Positions 27,451 to 41,002 of a stretch of DNA of 64,000 nt are shown here, in pieces. The stretch is taken from positions 326,678 to 390,677 of the forward strand of contig PS015097.1 of assembly GCA_048213135.1 (NCBI GenBank), read 5' to 3'. The translations under genes were made by a program, and so were the position numbers. The DNA is from Reclinomonas americana ATCC 50394. Its lineage: Eukaryota. The notes under the pieces are model-generated. The model ran no database searches. It saw only the letters and a list, made by a program, of their open reading frames with translations, and was not told the DNA's origin. The stretch's first letter is position 1, and each line of letters opens with the position of its first letter.

Positions 27451-30069
27451 ATGAGACAATCTGTTCGTGTGCTTTCCCTCGTCGCTTTCCTGCTGGCTAT
27501 CTCGCTCCTGGCGGTGCTTGCCCATGGTACGCAGCATTGTGAGGCGCTGCGCTCCTTGTCGCCTTTTACGTTTCTCACCAATTTCCCCTCTTTCCTCCTC
27601 AACAGCTCAAGTAGCACGCCTGCAGGAGTCGCGCGACAGCGAGGACGACTTTGACCACGTGGTGGCGGAGAACGTTGACGAACAAGAATTCGAGCAAGAG
27701 TACGAGCAAGAGCAGGAGGAGGAGGAGGAGGAGGAGAATGATGAGCAATTCGCTAGCTACGACTCGTCAGTGTGCAAAGCCGCTGTGTGGAAGTACTTTG
27801 ACGAGTTGCGTCGCCCCTTTCGCGTCTTCTTCCACACGCATCCTCGTTCCCAACACCGATTTTCTGCAGGGCACGCACGGTTGAGAATGCCACAGACGTG
27901 CTGAGCAAGTGCGAGCTGCCGATTGACCCTGCTGATACCTGCAAGGCTGCTTGGGTGTCATACTTCCTGTTGCGTCCTCACATCTTCCCCGACACTTCCC
28001 CGCCTTCTTATTAATCGCCTCCGTTACTCCCCCTATTTGCAGGAAGGTGCCGGCCGATCCCGTGTGGACGGACAAGGTTCGCAGCATGTGCAAGGGCTGC
28101 ACGGTCGCCATCATCGAGTACTTTGCGTGAGTACCACGAAGGAAAAAACTCTCTCTTTCTCTTCTCGCGTTCTCAGTCTCATTCCTGTTTTATTTTGCTC
28201 AACAGCAAGCCGAGCGATGCGCTGGCTGCCAAGGCCAACTCCGCGTGCAAGACCAACATTCCCTTCACTCCGGCAGCTGCCTGCCGCACCGCGGTGTTCA
28301 AATATGTCAGCTCGTTGCGTCCTGAGCTGTTTCCCGCACTCTTTCTCTTGAGGCTGACATGTGCATGCACACCGCAGAAACTTTGACTCCATCTGGCGCG
28401 ACATGGCCATCTCTACGTGCTACGCGCCCCCCAAGGCCAACAAGTGCGCCGAAGCTGTCGATCGTTGGTTCTTGTGCGTTGATAGTCACTTTCTTTCGAT
28501 GGCACACCCTTCCGATGCTGATCGTGAAACCACAGGGGCGGCACGAACTCGTTCGATGTGGCTGTTGTGGATCCCGCCAAGTTGCCTAGCACCTGGAAGA
28601 CTGGTCCCATGGCCGACGTCCACAAAGCTTTCGAGTCTGTGAGTAATATTTTTTGCTGCTTCGCCTTCGATCCTTTCACACTGCATGTGCTCCAATTTTA
28701 TTGATCCTGGCTCTTTTCTTTGGCATCGTTTCGTGCCGTTACGCTTTCTTCTGTCCATGTCACTCATCAGTACGCGCAATTCGCAGGGCGGCAAAGTGTG
28801 CCACAACTTCAACCTGAACAGCCTCGAGAACCTGTCTCCGTCCACGCTGTGCCCGTACATCACTGACAACAACAACGTTGCCACTCGCTTCATTGTGGAT
28901 TTCCACCTCACCGAGGCCACCAACGTCAAGTTCCGCTGGGGCACTGATACCAACGGTCGTGGTCGAGTTGCGTAGGCATGCATGCACTTTGTTGTTGGCC
29001 TATCACTTTTTGACTCACATGATTGGGCACAGTTGGAGGTCGACGGAGCCTCGCCGCTGCTCCTGGTCACGCAGACGTGGTATAACGGAGACATGGCCGC
29101 CGGTGCCGTGTGGAACGGCGATCTGTCCGCCGGCGACCACCGGTGAGTGACGCCTCTGTGTTGCGCGTCTTTCCATACGTACCTTCTCCTTCTCTAATTA
29201 ATCTCTATGCCCCGACAAAAGCCTGGTGGCCATTGCATTTGATGACTGGTGAGTGACTTCAGAAAACGCAAAAAAACCATGATGAGTATCCCCCGTCCCT
29301 GATTCTCACTCCTTTTTCTCATCCCCGCAGCTGCCTCAAGGGCACTCTTGCAGGCCTGCAGGTCAACCTCAACAACAAGGGATGGGTCAACGCTGCCACC
29401 TTGCGCAAGGCCGCCCACATCACCTCGTGCGTCGTCAATCCAGTGTCTGTTGGAAATAGAACATTTCCTCATTCCACTGCTTCAACAGGCTGTCTCGTCA
29501 GGAGTACTTCTGCGAGGCTGAAGGTGACCGCGTCATCTCGTGCCCTCGCGGATACTTCATTGAGGTTCTGTACGCCAACTATGGTCGAACTCGAACTGCC
29601 ACTCCCACTTCTGGACTGTGCCCGTATCACGATGCGTCCGCTCTTGCGAAGACCGACTGCATCGCTCCCAAGTCGCAGAAGCTCATTGAGGATCGCTGCA
29701 ACGGCAAGAGCAGCTGTGTCATCTGGGCTCAGAACTCCTTCTTTGGCGACCCCTGCGTCGGGTACGTACAGTAGCGCTCTCGATCCTCACTCGAGAAGAA
29801 ACAGAGAGCTGATCGTGACTGTCCTTACCCAGAACCTACAAGTACGTCGACCTGCAGTACAAGTGCACTCGTCAAGCCACCATCCCCGAGTGCTGGAAGC
29901 TGCCAATCAACCCCGAACCGACGTGCGAAGCCGCCTGGAATAAGTTGTTTGCAGGGTGAGTGGAGTTGTACGTGGTTTATGATTGTGTGTGTGTGTGTGT
30001 GCCTGTAGACTTACCAAAGCGTACAAACGAGCAGAAAGGAGGACCTCAATGTTAAAATGCATTATGTGA
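27451..30069 (+). CDS. Secreted protein: signal peptide, Cys helical repeats, PA14-like beta domain, SUEL/rhamnose-binding (Gal_Lectin) domain
   Basis: MRQSVRVLSLVAFLLAISLLAVLAH signal; SUEL motifs ISCPRG..YANYGR..C..RCNGKSSC..FGDPCVGTYKY..YKC. The last exon is uncertain (alternative stop near 29958). Confidence 0.8.
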
Positions 30070-30644
30070 GGGAGAATTGCAAGCCTGTCAAGTGTGCCTC
30101 TCAGTGGCATGACAAGGAGTAGAGTTCAATCGAGTGACTGAATCGATGTTGACGTGTACGAGTTCCACTCTGCCTCTTTGTCGCAATCTGAAATGTAGAC
30201 ATGAGTGTCCGTCTGATGCAACTGCAACGCGCTGCTGCTGTCATCATAACACTCCGCTTACCGAGTATCTTCATGGGCACTACCAATCTCGACGACAACT
30301 GCAGGGGTTTCTGTGTTTTCAACAAATCGAGAAGTGCAATCGCATCAATTCACATCTTCGGCGCTTTCATGCTCACTCACGCATGTGCTTGAAGCTAAGT
30401 CTGGTGGCCCTCCGCTCGTGTGCATTAAGAGACTTGATTCATTTCCATCTTACGTGGACTCCCCACCGCGCAAAACAACACGTTACCAGCCACCATAACG
30501 AGAAACACAGAGTACACATACACACACACACACACACGCGGGAACACACGGAGGGCCGGGGGCCTTGCTTGACTTGTAATAGGTAGATTCTGGCGCCAAG
30601 CACACCATTCCCCCCTCCGTTGCACACACCAGTGCGCGCCGTGG

Positions 30645-33260
30645 TTATTTGAGAAGATTCATGAGAAGTACCATATCTGCAATCGTCATCAACGGGAGAA
30701 ACATTCAGAGGCGAGCGCGAGAGATGACATATAGCAGCAAACAATCGAGAGCTCACCATGCCACCGTGTGTTGTCGTCCAACCGAGTGCGTGCACGGACC
30801 ACTTGCCACACGCGACCATGTTGCTTCAGCTTGATGTCCAGCTTGCCATTCACGTACTTGAGCACTGCATATACCACGAGGAAATGAGTACAAACGAATC
30901 GGCAGTGCACATACACAACAGAGCAAACCTTCGCGGCGTGAGGGTTTGCGCATTTGCGGCAACAGCGGCATGCCATTGTCTACTTCGTTGCCATGCCGAC
31001 CCTTCTTGCCGACCTTGGAGCAGCGGAAACGGCTGGCCACGTCCGACGGCAGCTGTCGTACAAAGCGCTGCTGGATAATCATCGCCGCCACGTTCACCAG
31101 CTCGAGTTCGTCGGGAGTCAGATCGGCCTCGGTGACGGTGTTCTCTGTCGCTGGTCCAGCCGCGTCACCGTCGTCCATGTCGTCGTCGCTGTCGCCCGCA
31201 GCGGCCTTTGCCGCCTTCTTCTTTCCCCGACCGGCGCCGGCGCCAGCACCCTTACGCGCACCGCCCTTGGGCGGCGACGACAGCGACACGGACTCCGGCA
31301 TTGGCACGTCGAGGTCGCAAACCGGTGACGACAGCTCCGCCGCCGTTGCCGCCACTGCCGCAGCCATGCCGGCGGCGGCGGCTGGCGACACCATATGAGA
31401 AGTGGGCGTGGTCACTCCAGTGGTGCTCGACGGAGTGGAGGGCGAGTTGAGGCCGCCATTGGATTTGCGCTTTGGCGGCACCGGTGGCGACTGCAACTGG
31501 AAGCCCTTTGGCAGCTGGAACATGCTCGGATCGGGGTATACCACGCCAACCACGGCTGTGGTGGCTTGTTGCGGGCGACCGCCCCCTCCCGCTGCCGCGG
31601 CAGCTCCTAATGATGCCGACACAGCTTGTTGTTGTTGTTGAAGATGATGCTGATACTGCTGATGCTGTTGCGCCACGGGTAATGAGGGATCGAGCTTCAT
31701 CACGGGCACACCGGCGGCGCCGAGCGGCGGGAACGACGACATCATGTCGCCAAACGGCGCCACACGCGGCATCGCCGACGCTGGTGGACGCACGCTGTCC
31801 CCACCTTCCGCACCTCCTGGCGCCGACGGTGGCGATGGTCCAGCCAACGAAATCACCGGCGCAGTGATCGAGGTGGTGGTTGCGCCATGGCCATTGGCCA
31901 TCGGTGCCGCGGAAGCTGATGCTGCAGTGGCGGCGGCAGCGGCGGCGGCGGCCGCTGCTCCTCCAAGCGACATGAGCTTTCCAGCAGCAGCAGCAGCCGC
32001 AGCCGACGAACTCGGCATCAGCAGCGAGGAATTCGGAGTGCCGCCGCTCATCATCGTTGTCCACGGCAGCATGTAGCCACCAAGAGCCTGTGTCGGGGTG
32101 ATGGGTCCGTCGAGTTGTTGCGAGCGTTGCAGTTCCTGTGGGGCGGAAGAGAGAGAGAGAAAGAGAGTGAGAAGAACAGGTGAGACAATGGCGACGAAAC
32201 GTGCTGCAACCGACCATCTCAAAGTTGCCAGCTGGACTCGGCAGTGCGCCGAATGCGCCAACCGGCGATTGCGGGAGCGGGAAGCCACCAGTGTAGTACG
32301 GCTGTGTGAGAGAAGGAGAGAAGGTGAGCACCGAAATGCGATCCGTTGCGAAAACTAGACAAGAATCCGACAACATGACATCCACAAGAGCCGAGAGCTT
32401 CGACACACGCACCCACACGAAGTGAACACACAGGACAGAGTGCAACAGCAGTGAAAAGACGCGTGCAAGCCAACACTTTGAGTGCCAACCGAAATAGTGT
32501 CCGATACGCAACATGAGGCCACGGAAAGGAGGACGCGGGCGAGAATGGCGTGGAGCCCTGCTGCAGAAAACAAGCCAAGTCAGCACTCTCCTACCCCACT
32601 CGCACCTGACTCCGCCACACGCACAACAAACCAGCAGATTGCCCATGGGTGTCCACGGTGTCGGCACCGAAATGTTATTCCGACGAACCCCAGGATTGAG
32701 CGCCGGATTCTGCAGCACACGCACACATCAGCTCCTCTGCAGGTCGATAGAAGAAGAGCATGCGTACACACGATGCACAAAACACACGCGCGCGGCTGGA
32801 AACACTCTCTCCAGTATCTTGCACCTCTCTCTCTCTCATCTCTCCTCTCTTCTCTCCTCTCTCTTCTCGCAGCGCACATACCTCTGGCGACACATCAACC
32901 GGCAGTCCCGACTGCGAATCATACACGCGCTTGCTGCGTGGTGTTCCATTGCCACCTCCTCCGACAGCAGAACCACCGACGTCGTCGCCATAGACCGACG
33001 ATCCCGCACCTCCGCCGACGGGAGATGAGGCCGCCGAGGAGACACCCGCCACGCTGCCTACTTGCATCTTGCCGTCGTCCACTGCGTGACTGTCGTCGGC
33101 TGCTCCCACCGCTTGCTGGAGCTGTGCGAGGAGGTGCAAATGAGAAAATTGCAATGAAATGGAGTGCGGAGAAGAAGGGAGGCGCACCCGCGGTGAAATG
33201 GGCGGTGACGTCAGCGTTCCCTTGGCTTGATCGTCAATGGCTGCCTCACAGAGCGCCTGT
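30645..33260 (-). CDS. Low-complexity (Ala/Gln/Pro-rich) probable nuclear protein with a basic helical C-terminal domain; 5' end uncertain
   Basis: Large exon at about 30930-32135 with polyA/polyQ tracts, PPKRK and GRGKKK; C-terminal exons give RREVLKYVNGKLDIKLKQHGRVWQVVRARTRLDDNTRWHDMVLLMNLLK*. Confidence 0.6.
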
Positions 33261-34004
33261 GCAGGGGCAGGGCGTGTGTGGTGAGAGAAAAGAGCGATGC
33301 ATCGCGCACGCAGACACACGCGAACAGATTCCAATGCACGCGTGAATGGAGGAGAACGTGACGGAGGCAGGGAGGGAGAAAGAGAGACAGGAGACTACTC
33401 TCACACGGACAGACGCACGCAGGTGAGGAAGTGCGCAAGTGGACGAATCGATAATGGAGTCGCGCATCTCTCCAGTCTCCGCTGACTGCCTCGCGGGCCA
33501 ACTCAACACACGCGCACACACACACTCACATACACACACAGACAGTGCATGGATAATCCCGCGTGCTCCACTCACTCGCACACACAGTCGCGAGAAAGAT
33601 GAAGGGAAACAACAAAGCGGAACGCCTCTCTCAGGTCGGCAATCAGACCAGGAAAAACACTCCGTTATCACGCGCACACGCACACGCATACACAGAGACA
33701 CACACTTATATACAAACAAAGAGAGACGCACCAGAAGGCCAGACATCACCGTCTCTCTCTGTGTTTGTGTGTGGACAGATACGGTGCTGCGAGCTACCAC
33801 CCATTGTCCACATTGATTGTGTGCAGAAAAAAGGTGAGTGCGCCCCTCGCCCCGGTGCATGAGAGTGAGGAATGAAGAGTGAGGGCGGGGGCAAAGGGAG
33901 CAGGCAGCTGCAGGAGAGAAAACAAGCGGTTGTTGTTGTGTTTTTTTGTGTTGGTGCTGATTCACATGCACACCACCTCTGCACACGCACACTCAGCCCG
34001 AGCA

Positions 34005-34222
34005 ATGACGACGACGGTGCGCGAGGCCAAGGAGAAGATCTCGCGTCTGGAGACCTCGGTGCTCTCAGATCGCCGCAACAGCAACGACCTGCTGGAGCTC
34101 TTGTCGATTGCACAGGTTTGGCGGTGTTGAATGTGTGCGGAAGGATAAGGCGTCGCCTGCATCTCCTGCAAGTCGCTCTCTCATTGTGAGAGTGTGTCTC
34201 GGCCCTTGTCTCTCTCTCTCTC

Positions 34223-34262
<40 letters not shown>

Positions 34263-37200
34263 TGCCAAGTCTCTGATGCCGCGTGTGCAGGAGAGCACTG
34301 TGTGCCCTGTCATTGGCGCGGCCATAATCTCGCTCCTCTTCATCTTCAAGTCGCTGATCGAGTCTGGAGACCTGCAAGCGGCCCGCAGTGTGAATGAGAA
34401 GAAGCGACGCAAGTTGCGCGTGAGGAGAGAAGTGCCTCTCCAGTGCCATTATCGAGTCTCACCATGCAGTCCTGCTGCTGCAGGAAGGATGCGGGCATGT
34501 CGGCGGACGCCGTGCAGCAGTACCAGCAGTGGCTACGACAACAATTCGATGCATACGTCGCCACTCTCGCACACAGGCTGCAGTGTGGCGAGCCGACGTT
34601 GGAGGTGGGTGGGCGGGAGGAGATAGAAAAGAGAGAAAGAGAAGCAGATGCCTCGTAGCAGGGAGTCAGAGTGATGAGAACTACCCTGTCACTTTCTGTC
34701 TTTGTGCGTGTCTAGCATATGCTGAGGCGAGTGTGGGTTGACCGGCATGAGCTACTAGACGAGACCACCCCTTCTGGCATTTCACGCTTCTTCTCCCGGC
34801 ATATCTCTTTCTGCCTTACTTCGTTTGCCTGAGTGCGAGAGCGTGCATGGATGGACCTGCATGGCTGTTGGGATTGAGGAAAGAGGCTTGGTTCTCTCGG
34901 ATCGCTCTTCTTCTTCCCACCTGTTTGTCATTCTTTCCCGACATATCTCTTTCTCCCTTATTCGTTTGTCTGAGTGTGAGTGCGTGTATAGATGTGGTGG
35001 CATGAGCTACTGAGGGAGGAAAAAGGCCTGGTTCTCTCGTCGCGCTCCTTCTTCCCACCCCTTGTTTGCTCTTTCACGTCTCATCCAATTCTCAGTTCCT
35101 TTTTCTGGCGTGTAGCACGCGGCTATCTGCATCGCAACTCCTTTTTTCTCTCTTACTCTTTGTCTTTCCGTCACATATCACTGCTGTCAACTTCTTCCTG
35201 CTCTCTCTCACCCGCGACCACTCCACAGGTCACCTGCATGCGCGCTCTGGTGGAGCTGACACAGGCCCAGTGCGCCCAGTGCACACTGTTCTCCGACGCC
35301 GACGTCGTGCTGGCACACGGCACCTTCCGCTACCTCATCGACGGCTTGTGCATGCACTCGACGGCCGTGATTCTGCCACCGGTGAAGGTGTCGGCACTGG
35401 GGCCGCCGCCCGATGCCATCGATGTGTTCTGCGACGAGTACTTGCAGCACTACGACGATGTGCGCTTCTACATGCTGTCGGCAATCGAGCGATTGGTCAC
35501 TGCACGAGTGGACATGGCAGCCGGCGTGATTCCGTCGACAGCCGACGCCGACGAGGCACTGAGTATGGAGCCTGCCGATGTGAGCACAGTCACCATGTCC
35601 CTTCTGCGTCGTTGAGGCTGACCTGCGTGTTGCCTGCCAGCTGGATCACGCCTCGCAACTAGAATTCCCTGTTGTCTCGCACGAGACATTTGGGCGCAAC
35701 GTGTCGCGACTGCTGTTGCACTGTCGCATGTCGGCTGAGCAGAAGGATCTGACGCGCTTCCTGTTTGTCTCCGCGTATTGTTGCGACATGATTGTTTGCC
35801 TGATTAGCCTTCACGACATGGGACGCTCACACTCGTTTGTCACGCTCGGTAGATCAACCCGAGGTCGCCGAGAGAGGCGATGGCGCGAGCGGCAGAAAGA
35901 CGAATGGCGCGTCGAGGAAACGTGCAGTGGCGGAGGTCGACGATCGGCGCGATACAGGTGCCGCCGCACCGGTGTTCCGCTTGTCGTCACACCGCAAGGT
36001 CTCGTGGCTGCAGCTGTGTGCATGCATGTGTACGACATCCGGTGGTGCTCATTTTGCATTCACACGATGTAGGTGTTTGAGCGGGCATGGATCAACTTTT
36101 TGCGTCTGCCTCTGTCAGACGCGGTGCTGCGGCACGTCTTGGAGGTGCTCGACACACTGGTCATCCCATTCTTCAATCATCCTGTGGTCCTCATGGACTT
36201 TTTGAATGAGAGCTTTGACGTTGGTGAGTGGGGTGGCGAGACGGAAGAGAGTGCCTCTTGACATTCACACTCTTTTTTTCACCCGACCTGCAGGCGGTGT
36301 GGCCAGTCTGTTGGCATTGAGTGGCTTGTTTGTGCTGATCAGCAAACACAATTTGTGAGTGGCTGCACTCAAAAAATCATGTGCCTTCCTTTCGTTTTTC
36401 GTTCTCTCATACCGCGATCGCACAGGGACTACCCGAACTTTTATGCCAAAGTGTACTCGTTGTTGGACGCCGATGTGTGGCACTCCAAGTACCGCACGCG
36501 CTTCCTGGAGCTGCTGGACGAGTTTCTGTTCTCGGGGTGAGTGAGCCTCCACGAGTGCGTATCACGACGAACGATTGCGATCTCATGTGTTATTCTCTAT
36601 TCGGCATTACCAGCTACCTGCCACAGTACTTGGTGGCCTCGTTCGTCAAGAAGCTGCTCCGACTGAGTCTCGGCGCCCCGCCGTATGCGGCGTCGTTCAT
36701 CTTGGCCATGACCTACAATCTGCTGCGCAAGCACCCGAACTGCATGTCGCTCATTCATCGTGAGGCGGAGAAGGGTGACAGCGGTGAGTGCTGTTGCATC
36801 TCGTTCGTTGCGCCTGTGTACTGAGACGGGCGAGGTGTGCGTTGCGGCAGCCAAAATACCAGTGGATCCGTTTGACGCCAACGCGTCGGATCCGCAGCAC
36901 AGTCACGCGCAAGAGAGTTCGGCGTGGGAGATCAATGTTGCGTCTTCATTTGTCTGTCTATCTGTCGGTGGTGGGCGAGTGAGTGAGTTGTTGGTTGTGC
37001 GTGCGTACTCACGTGGGCGCACGCACATACAGATGCTGCAAAAGCATTACGCTCCACACGTGGCTCGCTTCTGTGAGACGTTCACGGCCGAATTCAAGAA
37101 GGCCAGCTTCCGCCTTCGTGACTACAGTGAGGTCACCTATTCGTCGGTACGCGCACACATGCAAGTGTCGGATTCTCGCGACCAACCAGCCCCACGCTTA

Positions 37201-37336
37201 CCGTGTTTCCCACCCCTTGCAGATGTTCCTGAAGGAGGTCGAGCGCCGCCTCAAAACCGAAGATGTGACACTGGCCGACGTGGCACCGACTGTGTTGTTC
37301 CCGCCTGCTCTGTGGGATTCTTGGCGGCATGAATAG
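34005..37336 (+). CDS. NOC4L: Nucleolar complex protein 4 (CBF/Mak21 family)
   Basis: YDDVRFY; VFERAWINFLRLPL..HPVVLMDFL; SLLALSGLFVLI.KHNLDYPNFYAKVYSLL..KYRTRF..YLPQYLVASFVKKL; SAWEI..LQKHY.P.V. Confidence 0.93.
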
Positions 37337-37533
37337 CAAACAAGCAGGAATAAATGAAGAATGGCATTACACAGTAGGGTTACACAAGTATTTATGTCTG
37401 TCGTGGAATGTTGGTAGTATGTGTTGTAGTTGGTCGATGAGATGCACGCTATCGCGGCGGTCAATCTCTCTCTTACTTTCTCTCTCACTCTCTCTTGGGG
37501 CACTCTCATCATCGATAAGAGGGATTTTTCTGT

Positions 37534-40500
37534 TCAGGCACGAATCTGCTGCCGACTCGACTCGGAGAAAATGTTCTGCTTGTGTGACTCGAGCAGTGCG
37601 TCCATGAGCTCCTGACGGTCGACCGGCAGCTTGAGCTCGATGCTGCACCGCAACATCAATGAGTATCAAGCAGAGGAGGAGCCACAGTGTCCAACAACAA
37701 AAGACTCACCGGCGTCGGTTGACCGACTTGACAATGGGCGTTCCTGCGCACGATGAAGCATGTTTTCGTTAAGAGGTCATGTATGGCAGAAGAGTGGCGG
37801 CACACAAGAAGAGCTCACCCTTGTACTCGCTGCCTTGCTTGAGGTCCGACAACGGCTTCAGTCGGTTCTCAGCCGACACAGGCGCCACATTCTCCGTCTC
37901 CTCGGAGCTGTCATCGCTGTCACTGCCGCAGTCGTCGGTGGGTCGATTGTCGGAGCGCGGGCGGTCGGGTGTGACCGGCTCCGCGGCAATCTGCGGCTGC
38001 TGCTGTTGCTGCTGCTTGTTTTCTTGCTCTTCGGCGTCGCTGGTCGAGCGCGATGCAACGGACTGCACCGGGGCTGGTGGTGCCGACGGTGCAGGGGCGA
38101 TCCTGGCCTGTGAGGCTCGGCGACGCGGAACGCGCTTTGGCACTTCGCTGATGGGTGGACGCTCCATCACCTCCAGTGCAGCTCTGCAAGGTGGTACGTT
38201 CGGTGAGCAGAAAAAGCCGGCATGACGCGGAACTCGGCAGTCGCGCACGCAACGCAAGCACAGGCTGGAACGCGCGCCACGACTGATGGCCCCTCAGGTA
38301 CTGTCGCACATTGCAGCTCTCGTGTTTTTGCAGAGACACTGACAGGTGGACCAAGTGACCGCGGTAATCTGCGAAGCGGGCGTGTCAGTCACAGAGAGAT
38401 ACAAGAGAAAAAGACAAGAGCTATGTAAGGGAAGCAATCGTACCGGCGCGTTCGTCCGACGTGAAGGCACGGACTAACCGCTTGATGAACTTGGTGTGCT
38501 TCAGGCGGCGTACGATCTGATCACCAGTAACGTGGTCGAGCATGCAGTTGAAAATGGCGGCAAAGTTGTAGTGCAGCATGTTGTTGAATCTGCGACGCAG
38601 GAGGTGAGCGAGTGCGCGTGTGTGCACAGTTGCTGGAAGATTTCTCACCGGTAATCAAAGAACCAATTCACCAAGTTCACCCACATATCGGGAGACACGA
38701 GGGTAATGTTGCGCGAGTTCTCGCACACAAATCGTCTCATGAGAGAGACGAGTGAAAGGCGACGGACACTGAATGCTGTTGGGACAATGTATGCAGAGAA
38801 GCGAATCGACCGGTCAGTGGTTCTGTGCAGGTTGCGAGAGATGCGACAGTCAGCAAACACGACTGAGCGTCAAGCGAGGTGCAGAGGCAGACACACCGAT
38901 CGCGCGACACCATGTGCTGCTCTCGGACCAGGAATTTGCAAATGCTGGTGATCAAGTCGCCATTCATTTCGCTGCAACACGCACAGCAGGTGAGCACTGG
39001 CACGTCTCACAAGGAGAGAGAGACAGAGAGAGACACGCAAATCACTCACCTCTCGTCAACCACCAGCAGCATCATGTCGCACAGGTGTACAATGGACGGC
39101 GAATTCTTCTGGATGCTCTGCGCACGCGTAGATGTCTCATGTGAGCACATACACCACCGCCACTTACATCTTCACGAGTGTCGTACCGTGCGGAACAGAT
39201 CGAGAATGTGACCATGCTGGTTAAAGAGACCGCGGAAGGGTCGCAGGAACGGGAAGTTCTTGTTGCAGTGATCGAACAGGGTGAGGTAGTAGTGCACCAA
39301 CTCGCGTGCCCGCGGTTCGTCTGCAGCGCACGCGGAAAATGAGGTCTCGGAGGTGCAACAGGCACACACACACACAAAGAAACTCACCAGCATTGGCCAC
39401 CTCGCGTTCGAGCTGGAACAGAAAACGCTTGCTGCACATCATTTCGATAAACTGCGATTGCATGAGCAGCATCGTGAAAGCTTGCTGGACCTGTTCGCAC
39501 GATAAATGCCGTCAGTCATCTCCTATGATCGTAAAACAACTCTCTCCCCACTTCGCTCCCCACCTGCGCATGGTGCAGGGCGCCCATGAAGAGCCGCACC
39601 GACTCGCGGTGGTAGACCACGGCCACGGTGGCTTCGGGGTAGCTTCGAGTCAGAGTCTCGAGTGCCTCGTGAAAGTGATGCAGGTTGGCATTGCTGTGCG
39701 GCTGCAGGCATTGCAACAGCTCGTCCACTGCAACTCACAGAGTGAGCCTCCTTCGGTGCGTGGGAGCGAAGAAGAAAGAACTCATTTCTCACCAATCTCC
39801 TCAATGTGGTCGACAATCACCGGGCCCAACGACTTGTTCGGTGTCGACAGCACCTTCATGGCCCTGTACGAGCGCTTCAAGCTGCGGCTGTAGTCCACAT
39901 CCTCCTCGTACGGGTTGACCATCTCGTGCAGCTCCAGATCGCGCCCGTCCACGTCGGGAACGGTGGCGCGACGACTGATCACAGCCGGAATTTTGCGTTC
40001 ACGGCAGTTCTGCGTGGGTCGCGAAACGAACTGGCACAGCAGCCGCAGTGCGTCTACGATCCGCAAGGTAAGCAAGCACTGGCGGAGACGAGAGAAAACA
40101 CACATCATCATCGTCATCAACTCACCCTTCAGTTTGAAGAAATCAGTCATGCGCGGTGTGACGAGCGGCACCGATCGCTCGATATCAAGGAAGCGCGCCA
40201 GCAGCGTACGCATCGCGTCTGAGCGTCGCTCCGGCACACGAACATCGGCGCAGATACGAGCAGGATCGATTGGTCCGCTGCTGTTGATCGGTCCAGGCTC
40301 ACTCACTGCCGGTGGTGCCTCGCTGCTGCTGTCGGCGATCGGTTGTGGCGGAAACGCATCGTTGTTCTCCGGGTCCGTGGCAACATCCTGCGCGTTGATT
40401 GGTATTATTTTTTTGCGGCAACGGTCACACACACGCACTTGCACAACTCGCACAGGGCGCATGCCAAGCACGCGCCCACCCGAAAAACACACACAAACGA

Positions 40501-40870
40501 CAGCCTTCCCACAACGACACGCCTCTCTCACACACACATGTAGGTGTGAAGGAGCGTCAGCAACTCACCCACTGTCCGGCTGCAGTCGCTGTCGATGAAA
40601 TCACTTCTGCACTCGACATGATTGGCGATTTCCTCTCTTGTCTCGTCAAATCTATGAAAAACGGGCTGACAAATGTCCTCGCGCTGCATATCTGTCCACT
40701 CACCCCGAAGTGGCTTGCGGCTGTGCACTACGTACTCTGCATCGTGTCAGACAGCACACGACATCATCATCATCATCGTTGCGCGTTGAGCAGGAAGCGA
40801 GCGAGCGGGGGGAATGGAGAGGGGGTTGTGCGGCATGTCGGTCTGCTCACTCTGCGCTCTTCGTTTGCAT
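37534..40870 (-). CDS. SAPS/SIT4-associated (PP6 regulatory subunit-like) helical protein; 5' end uncertain
   Basis: Many exons in frame; RSYRAMKVLS and WFFDYRFNNMLHYNF resemble SAPS-family blocks (FFxYxWNNFLH); low-complexity tail. Confidence 0.5.
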
Positions 40871-41002
40871 GCAGTCGCGATGTTGCACGAGAGTGGCGAT
40901 ACGTCGACGGTTTGTTGAGCGCAAGACAGGCAGTGTGTGTGTGTGAGAGAGAGAGAGCAAGCATGAATGTGTTGTGTGTGCGTGTTGCTGATTCACATTC
41001 TC

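Noticed and set aside
27555-27575. GCCTTTTAC resembling U5 snRNA loop I
   Set aside because: No flanking stem or Sm site; it is part of an intron pyrimidine tract.
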